Source of the DNA: Thermodesulfobacteriota bacterium
Lineage (GTDB): Bacteria > Desulfobacterota_D > UBA1144 > Nemesobacterales > Nemesobacteraceae
Direction: 5' to 3'
Assembly: GCA_965200595.1 (NCBI GenBank)
Contig: CBDAUE010000002.1
Location: 258,896 to 322,895, forward strand
DNA: 64,000 nt
This document shows positions 57,716-64,000 of this stretch, one piece after another (the first letter of the stretch is position 1; each line of letters starts with the position of its first letter). Below the pieces are notes generated by a model. That model had not been told where the DNA came from. It saw only the letters and a list, made by a program, of their open reading frames with translations, and made no database searches. The translations under genes and the position numbers were made by a program.

Positions 57716-57860
57716 CCCTGTCCTCTGGCACAGATTTTTGAATATTTTTCTTAAGACCTCGGAAAAGCAATGGCTTGGCCGTCGCATATTTTCAAAAAGC
57801 TGTTAAGAGTGTACGGCAGAAGATTCCCTGTAACCTTATTAAGCTTGGGGATTTAATGAA

Positions 57861-58448
57861 GTGAAAACTATTGTAATTGCCACTAAAAACAAGGGAAAGC
57901 TAAGAGAGTTCGGATCAATTCTCGCCGGTGCCTACGACGAGATACTGTCTCTGGCGGATTTTGATCAGATTGCCGACATACAGGAAACAGGCCTTTCTTT
58001 TCGGGAAAACGCTCTTATAAAGGCAAAGACAACCTGCGATTTTCTGGGCATGGATTCTATCGGGGATGACTCGGGTCTGGTCGTGGATGCTCTGGGCGGA
58101 GCCCCGGGAATTTATTCGGCAAGATACTCGGGTGAGGGTGCCTCGGATGATAGCAACAACAAAAAACTTCTCTTTGAACTTAAAGGGGAGGAAAACAGAG
58201 ATGCCAAATTTGTGTGCTGCATAGCTTTGGTGCTTGCCGACGGAACGCAGGAGTTTTTTGAAGGCGAGTGCAGCGGGCAGATTATCCGGGAGAAAAGAGG
58301 CGAGGGCGGTTTTGGTTACGACCCGGTTTTTTATGTTCCCGAGTACCAGAAAACCATGGCTGAGCTCGGCCCCCGCATAAAAAACAGGATAAGCCACAGA
58401 GCCGTTGCCTCCCAGAAGCTTCTGTCGTATTTTTCGGATTCCGGATAA
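57861..58448 (+). CDS. rdgB: Non-canonical purine NTP pyrophosphatase (RdgB/HAM1 family)
   Basis: MKTIVIATKNKGKLREF…GFGYDPVF…; 195 aa. Confidence 0.92.
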   Translation: MKTIVIATKNKGKLREFGSILAGAYDEILSLADFDQIADIQETGLSFRENALIKAKTTCDFLGMDSIGDDSGLVVDALGGAPGIYSARYSGEGASDDSNNKKLLFELKGEENRDAKFVCCIALVLADGTQEFFEGECSGQIIREKRGEGGFGYDPVFYVPEYQKTMAELGPRIKNRISHRAVASQKLLSYFSDSG

Positions 58449-58602
58449 GCGCGGCTTTTGGTTCTGACCGCAATTTGCGATGTAAATCGAAGCGGCGGGC
58501 CGCGATAATTTCGTTTTTAATTGTAAGCTGCCCTCCAATTGAATATATTTAGACTCCGTCCTTTGTTTTTTACTGTTGTTCTAACCTGGCGGGGGGTTCT
58601 GC

Positions 58603-60216
58603 TTGAAAAGCGCGAAGTTTATTTTTGTCACCGGCGGAGTTATGTCTTCTCTTGGAAAGGGGATATCCGCTTCCTCAATAGGCTTTCTTCTTGAATGCTG
58701 CGGTCTTCGGGTCACGCTTCAGAAGCTTGATCCCTACATAAACGTCGATCCGGGCACGATGAACCCGTTTGAGCACGGGGAGGTTTTTGTTACCGATGAC
58801 GGTGCGGAAACGGATCTTGATCTCGGTCACTACGAAAGATTCACCAACGCCAAGCTCGGCAAGAAAAACAATCTTACAAGCGGCAAAATCTACGATTCCG
58901 TTATTTCCAAGGAAAGGGAAGGCAAATTTCTCGGAAAAACAGTCCAGGTGATTCCTCACATAACCGATGAGATAAAGTCGCGCGTGCTTGCCCTTAAAGA
59001 CGACAACGATGTCATTATAGTGGAGATCGGCGGCACCGTGGGAGATATTGAGAGTCTTCCTTTTCTTGAGGCTGTAAGGCAGCTGAGATCGGATCTCGGA
59101 AAACAGAACACCCTGTTCATACATCTCACCTATGTTCCCTTTGTCGCCGCGGCAGGAGAACTTAAGACAAAGCCAACGCAGCACAGCGTTAAGGAGCTTC
59201 TGCAGATAGGAATTCAGCCCGACATACTGCTTTGCCGCACCGAGGAAAAGTCTCTGCCAGAAGATGTCAAAAGAAAAATAGCCCTTTTCTGCAACATTGA
59301 GCAGAAGGCGGTGATCACGGCCAAGGACGTTGAGCACATATACGAAGTTCCGCTTACGTACAAAAAAGAGGGATTGGCCGAGATAATTGTTGAATATCTC
59401 GGCATGTGGACAAAAAAACCCGACATGGGCGAGTGGGAAGGGCTTGTTCGCAGAATAAAGAATATGAAAAAAACCGTGCGCATAGCCGTTGTCGGAAAAT
59501 ATGTTTCGCACGGAGATTCATACAAAAGCCTCCACGAGGCACTGTACCACGGCGGACTGGCCCATGATTCAAGCGTTGAAATAAAATACGTGAATTCAGA
59601 GCAGATGGACGGCATGTCCCCGGACAGCTACTTTTCCGATGTTCACGGCATACTTGTTCCCGGAGGGTTCGGGAAGAGAGGGATTGACGGCAAGGTCGAC
59701 GCCACCAGATACGCAAGGGAAAAGCAGATTCCGTTTTTTGGAATCTGCTACGGCATGCAGCTTGCCGTTGTTGAGTTTTCAAGAAACGTCTGCGGCATGG
59801 ATGACGCGGATACGACCGAGAACAACGGCGATACCAAAAACCCCGTTATAGACATAATGGAATCCCAAAAAAGCGTGAGCGAAAAGGGCGGAACAATGAG
59901 ACTCGGGGCCTATCCGTGCGTAGTAAAACCCGAAACACTTGCCGGCAGCATCTACGGAACTTCGCATATCTCCGAAAGACACAGACACCGGTTTGAAGTG
60001 AACAACAGCTACAGGGAAATGTTTGAGTCAAACGGAATGGTTCTTTGCGGTCTGTCGCCGGATGGAAATCTGGTTGAAATAATGGAACTTAAAGACCATC
60101 CTTGGTTTGTCGGCTGTCAGTTCCATCCAGAATTCAAATCAAAGCCCTTAAGCGCCCACCCGCTTTTCAGGGATTTCATAAGGGGGGCGCTTCGCTACAA
60201 GGATTCTCTTGGCTGA
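58603..60216 (+). CDS. pyrG: CTP synthase (PyrG)
   Basis: [21 protein letters not shown]…; C-terminal GATase ([10 protein letters not shown]…HRHRFEVN); 537 aa. Confidence 0.97.
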   Translation: MKSAKFIFVTGGVMSSLGKGISASSIGFLLECCGLRVTLQKLDPYINVDPGTMNPFEHGEVFVTDDGAETDLDLGHYERFTNAKLGKKNNLTSGKIYDSVISKEREGKFLGKTVQVIPHITDEIKSRVLALKDDNDVIIVEIGGTVGDIESLPFLEAVRQLRSDLGKQNTLFIHLTYVPFVAAAGELKTKPTQHSVKELLQIGIQPDILLCRTEEKSLPEDVKRKIALFCNIEQKAVITAKDVEHIYEVPLTYKKEGLAEIIVEYLGMWTKKPDMGEWEGLVRRIKNMKKTVRIAVVGKYVSHGDSYKSLHEALYHGGLAHDSSVEIKYVNSEQMDGMSPDSYFSDVHGILVPGGFGKRGIDGKVDATRYAREKQIPFFGICYGMQLAVVEFSRNVCGMDDADTTENNGDTKNPVIDIMESQKSVSEKGGTMRLGAYPCVVKPETLAGSIYGTSHISERHRHRFEVNNSYREMFESNGMVLCGLSPDGNLVEIMELKDHPWFVGCQFHPEFKSKPLSAHPLFRDFIRGALRYKDSLG

Positions 60217-62241
60217 TTGAATCTCGAATCGCTCCGTTTGATGAACCTTCCTGCTATAAACGAACTTATTGCCTACAGAAAAAGAAGGGAGCCAGCCTTC
60301 GGGGTGGTTCTCTCTGTCCATCCTGAAAAACTCTCTGTTTTCTCAGAAGACGGAAAGCGCTACTCGGTTGAACCGAAAAAAATCGCGCTGATTACCGGAA
60401 TAACTGTTTCTGAGAGTCTTACAGACTCTGAGAAAAAACTCGAAATGAGAAAACAAAGAAGAGAACTTGAAGAGAAAAAAGACTCTGTTGACGTTGAGAT
60501 GCTGTGGGAGTGTGTTGTGGAAGAGCAGGAGACCGTGAGCTTTGAGGAGATGCTGGATCTGTATTCGGGGGCGGAGCAGATTTCTTCGCAGCACAGGCTT
60601 TTGCTTTTCTGGGCAGTGGATAAAAACACTGTTTATTTTACAAGAAGTGAAAACGGCTATCTGGTGCGCTCCCGCGAAGATGTCTCCAAAACGATTCGTG
60701 CCGTTGAACTCAGAGAGCAAAGAGAGCAAAAAGCGCAGGCGGCCGCAAGCTGGGTGCGTTCCGTCATAAACGGCAAAGTTCCCGCGGCGGTTGATGAGAC
60801 CCACAGCGAGTTCCTTGAACTGATCGAGCGGTACGTCATTGACCTTGACGGCTATGAGCGGGCTAAGGAGGCCAAGAAGTTTCTCTATGAAGCGGGACTT
60901 AAGGAAGTGGAATCGGGGGTTGAATTTCTTATAAGAACGGGTTTTTGGAGCAAAGACGATGATCCGGAATCAAAAAAAATCGCTTTTCACTTCACACGCT
61001 CGCCAAGAGAGCTTGAAGAGTCAGAAGCTTCTTTGAGCGCCGGGGAAAACTTCAAAGGCCTTGCCGAGAGAACGGAACTTGAAGTTTTTTCAGTTGACAG
61101 CGAGACCACGCAGGACATCGACGACGCCATCTCTTTTGAAATGCACGGGGATCGGTTCACCCTTGGAGTCCACATCTCAAATGTCGCCCATGCTGTAAGC
61201 AGAGGAAGTTTTCTTGATCAGGGAGCCCTTAAGCGTGCCGAGACGGTTTATTTCCCGGAAGGGCGTGTGGATATGTTTCCTCGGGACCTTGTGGGCAGAA
61301 AACTCAGCCTGACTTCAGGCGATCTACGGCCCGCTCTTTCTCTTTTTGCCACTTTTAACAGAAAAGACCTGACCCTGATCGATTATCGCTTTGAGGCTAC
61401 GGTCATAAGGGTTTCCCAAAATCTTACCTACGCAGAAGCAACCAGGATGTTTGGCAGTACGCAATGGGGAGAGCATCTGACATCTCTTACTGATTCACTC
61501 AGGCAGCGCAGAGTCAGCAAAGGGGCTTTTTTGGTTCAGCTTCCGGAACTCAAAATCAGGATCGGAGAACTGAACGGGATATCGGTCGCCAAGGACTATA
61601 TGGATTCCCCTGCCCACAATGTGGTTTCTGAATGCATGATACTTATGAACCGGCTTTCGGGAGATTTTTTCGATAAGAACGAAATTCCGGCACTGTTTCG
61701 CTCTCAGACCCAGGAGATTGATTCCGAAGCCAGAGAGCTTGACCCGAAAGACATTCTTTTTCCCGTAAAGGTAATAAAGCACTTAAAACCCTCTTTTGTC
61801 AGCTCGGCCGCTCATATCCACAAGTCTCTGGGGGTTGACTGCTATGTTCAGATGACCTCTCCCATCAGAAGATACACGGACCTTCTCATGCAACGCCAGA
61901 TTATATCCTGGCTTGCAGAACAGAAGATCTGCTACATGGAAAATGAGCTTGAAGACACAAACACGCGGGTGAGTCTTGCCACCAGGGAGATAAAAAACGC
62001 CCAGAGAAGCAGACACAGGTACTGGCTTATCCGCTATCTTCTGGAAAATGACATAAAGGGGGCAAGAGGCTACGTAAGTTCTAGGGGATATAATGGGTTT
62101 AACGTTTATATCCCGGAGTTTCTGATCGAACTTGCGCTTTCTAACGCAGGCGGCAGGGCTTTTGATATAGGAAGCGAACTCTCCTTATCCATCTGGGGGA
62201 TGGATCCTCTGAGAAGAAGGATACGCGTGAGTCCGGATTAA
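60217..62241 (+). CDS. rnr: RNB-domain exoribonuclease (RNase R/RNase II family)
   Basis: RNB catalytic motif VFSVDSETTQDIDDAISFE; 674 aa; the start abuts the pyrG stop. Confidence 0.8.
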   Translation: MNLESLRLMNLPAINELIAYRKRREPAFGVVLSVHPEKLSVFSEDGKRYSVEPKKIALITGITVSESLTDSEKKLEMRKQRRELEEKKDSVDVEMLWECVVEEQETVSFEEMLDLYSGAEQISSQHRLLLFWAVDKNTVYFTRSENGYLVRSREDVSKTIRAVELREQREQKAQAAASWVRSVINGKVPAAVDETHSEFLELIERYVIDLDGYERAKEAKKFLYEAGLKEVESGVEFLIRTGFWSKDDDPESKKIAFHFTRSPRELEESEASLSAGENFKGLAERTELEVFSVDSETTQDIDDAISFEMHGDRFTLGVHISNVAHAVSRGSFLDQGALKRAETVYFPEGRVDMFPRDLVGRKLSLTSGDLRPALSLFATFNRKDLTLIDYRFEATVIRVSQNLTYAEATRMFGSTQWGEHLTSLTDSLRQRRVSKGAFLVQLPELKIRIGELNGISVAKDYMDSPAHNVVSECMILMNRLSGDFFDKNEIPALFRSQTQEIDSEARELDPKDILFPVKVIKHLKPSFVSSAAHIHKSLGVDCYVQMTSPIRRYTDLLMQRQIISWLAEQKICYMENELEDTNTRVSLATREIKNAQRSRHRYWLIRYLLENDIKGARGYVSSRGYNGFNVYIPEFLIELALSNAGGRAFDIGSELSLSIWGMDPLRRRIRVSPD

Positions 62242-62424
62242 CTTTCGGTGCCCAGCACCTAGGTTCAGACAGGCAAGGTTGATGTCGGAACGGGAAAGAT
62301 TACTCTTTCAGTCCTCTTCCTGACATTCAGTACAATTTCTTGGAATCAGTTCTTAGAAGTATTACAAGTGTCTGTAGCTGCTGGATATAGCTTTACAGAA
62401 GACTGTTTGCTTACAGTAAGGTTA

Positions 62425-62637
62425 AAAAACGTTAAGGTTTGAGAGTGCAGCAATAATTGTAATGGCAGCTACCATTAAGCCTCCCAGCCTGATAAGCATT
62501 CTCTGTTCAAGCTCTTTAATATCTCGCTTTATATCCAGTCGAAGTTGCTCAATGTCTTGCTTTGTGGCCAGTTCAAGCTTTTTAATATCTCGTCGAACTT
62601 CTTCAATATCTCGCTTTGTGGCCAGATTGGACTCAAT
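62425..62637 (-). pseudogene. Start-less DUF1640/XhlA-like coiled-coil plus C-terminal TM small ORF (71 open codons between stops; no ATG/GTG/TTG)
   Basis: Minus-strand translation IESNLATKRDIEEVRRDIKKLELATKQDIEQLRLDIKRDIKELEQRMLIRLGGLMVAAITIIAALSNLNVF*; the heptad repeats LATK.DI..L..DIK.L correspond to the about 60-bp tandem DNA repeat at about 62505-62625. Confidence 0.45.
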
Positions 62638-62769
62638 TCAAGAATGATAAGCCCAATCCACAAAGCTTGCCGAATGAAGAATCCAGCGTCTTCTGTCGGC
62701 AAGGTCTCTATACAGATGTGCTGAATTCAGGATGTCGGAGCGGGAAGGGGAAGGGGTGGGATCGCTTTT

Positions 62770-64000
62770 TCAGTGCTCTTTTTCAAGTATTTCCAGGATT
62801 TCTTCAACCCTTGAGACCTTCACCCTAGGCCTTCCTTGCTTTTCGCCTTGTTTTTTTTCAAACCGGTCAACCTGCAGCCATTCATTGTAGGAGATATGTT
62901 TTTCATCAAGCAGTTCCTTTATGCTCTCATCCGAAGTGAGTTCTGGCCGCAGAGTGTTTTTCCTCTCAATGTCCTCGATCATGCAGCTTACGGTTTCAGC
63001 TGAGTCGGCCTTGTTTGTTCCGATAACGCCGGTCGGCCCGCGTTTTATCCATCCTGTGGTGTAAAGTCCAGAAACCGGACTGCCGCCCGTTTTGTCAAGA
63101 ACCCTTCCTTTTTCGTTGGGGATTGATCCTGACCTGTCGTCAAACGGCACATCCGGAAGAGGTATTCCCCTGTATCCGACGGAGCGGAAGACCAGATCGG
63201 CCGGAATCTCTTCTGTCTCGCCCGTGGGTTTGGGCCGAAGGGAGCCGTCATCGGATTTGTAAAGCCTGTTTCTCACGACCCTCACGCTTTTTACCCTGTT
63301 GTCCTCTCCTGCGACTATCTCTGTTGGGGAGACCAGAAATCTTATGACGATTTTTTTGGATTTGGAGGGAGTTCTCTCAGAAGCTTTTTTTATGAGATCT
63401 ATTTTAGTCTGGACTGACCTGTTCGGTTTACGCTCAAGCTCTTCAGGCGTAAGGGAATCGGATTCGGCTTCGTCCGCCAAGGTAAGGAGGTCCGCATCCT
63501 CAAGTTTTTCAAGCTCCCGAAGCTCAGGGTTGGTGAAGGCCGCCTGAGCGGGCCCCCTTCTTCCAAGCATCTGTATTTCCCTTATTCCGCTCCCGGCAAG
63601 TTTTTCAAGCGCGTAGTCTGCGATATCCGTTTTTTCCATTTCGTTTCTTGTGAGGGATAAAATTCTGGCAACATCCACCGCGACGTTTCCGACACCGACT
63701 ATGACGACCCTTTTGCCCGAAAGGTCAAAACCGAGACCCATGTGGTCCGGGTGGGCGTTGTACCAGCCTACGAACTCCGTTGCCGTGTGGCTTCCGATCA
63801 GGTCCTCTCCCGGTATTCCCATTTTTCTGTCGGTCTGAGCCCCTGTTGCGAAAACTATCTGGTGGTAACGGCTGGCAAGGTCCCCAAGCGTTATGTGTTT
63901 TCCGAATTCTACCAGTCCGAAAAACCTGAATTGAGGATTGGATGCAGTTTTGTCGTAAACCCTGGCTACGCTCTTTATTTTCTGATGGTCCGGAGCCACC
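62770..64000 (-). CDS. FprA/adrenodoxin-reductase-like NADPH:ferredoxin oxidoreductase, C-terminal 409 aa (the N-terminus lies beyond the window end)
   Basis: …GKRVVIVGVGNVAVDVARIL… NADPH-binding Rossmann motif; …FATGAQTDRKMGIPGEDL…; overall resemblance to FprA-type reductases. Confidence 0.6.
   Translation of the reverse strand, partial: VAPDHQKIKSVARVYDKTASNPQFRFFGLVEFGKHITLGDLASRYHQIVFATGAQTDRKMGIPGEDLIGSHTATEFVGWYNAHPDHMGLGFDLSGKRVVIVGVGNVAVDVARILSLTRNEMEKTDIADYALEKLAGSGIREIQMLGRRGPAQAAFTNPELRELEKLEDADLLTLADEAESDSLTPEELERKPNRSVQTKIDLIKKASERTPSKSKKIVIRFLVSPTEIVAGEDNRVKSVRVVRNRLYKSDDGSLRPKPTGETEEIPADLVFRSVGYRGIPLPDVPFDDRSGSIPNEKGRVLDKTGGSPVSGLYTTGWIKRGPTGVIGTNKADSAETVSCMIEDIERKNTLRPELTSDESIKELLDEKHISYNEWLQVDRFEKKQGEKQGRPRVKVSRVEEILEILEKEH

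Noticed and set aside
62505-62625. Tandem about 60-bp repeats considered as a CRISPR or VNTR-type array
   Set aside because: There are only two imperfect units with no spacer-like unique sequences. They are explained as coding heptad repeats of the minus-strand ORF.
62462-62647. 61-aa + strand ORF (Ser/Ile-rich) over the tandem-repeat region
   Set aside because: It is low-complexity, whereas the opposite strand gives a structured coiled-coil plus TM translation. It is treated as the antisense shadow of the DUF1640-like remnant.

Overview
This 64-kb window is a segment of a bacterial chromosome with an estimated GC content around 50%; the organism was not identified. Most of it is a housekeeping backbone: a partial sigma factor and tRNA-Asn, uvrA, glyA-nrdR-tatD-pdxA, cobB, nuoABCD, lolA-ftsK, an orphan nuoN, a TusA-like-cysM-JAMM operon, purSQ, parAB, pgpA-cinA-recA-tsaB, ilvB, priA, glnE, carD, lhgO, an orphan nuoF, gatB, cysC, proA, recN, pdaD, nfo, purN, rdgB, pyrG, an RNase R-like gene and a partial FprA-like reductase. 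Three IS-rich insertions interrupt this backbone. The first (7.5-9.1 kb) holds two defective IS3-family copies in inverted orientation that together would make one complete element. The second (41.1-43.0 kb) is an IS4/IS5-superfamily element sitting inside a degraded IS30-family element. The third (50.1-57.8 kb, between purN and rdgB) is a decayed mobile/defence-type island. The island contains an IS1634-family element, a truncated IS1182-family transposase capped by a 27-bp IS3 end, and an Mrr-like type IV restriction gene. The Mrr gene is translationally coupled to a roughly 500-aa partner of unrecognised family that is now a pseudogene and is cut off by a solo IS30 end. The island also carries a small SD-preceded membrane ORF, a class II Fic gene that appears GC-rich, and an orphan 121-aa gene. 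The most interesting unexplained signals are the Mrr partner gene, and a 60-bp tandem repeat near the 3' end of the window that is actually the heptad-repeat coding sequence of a start-less DUF1640/XhlA-like coiled-coil plus TM ORF. Also notable are a TusA-cysM-JAMM operon with no visible ThiS/CysO carrier and a glnE gene translationally coupled to an AlkP-superfamily phosphodiesterase. All calls come from reading the sequence and translations; no database searches were run.
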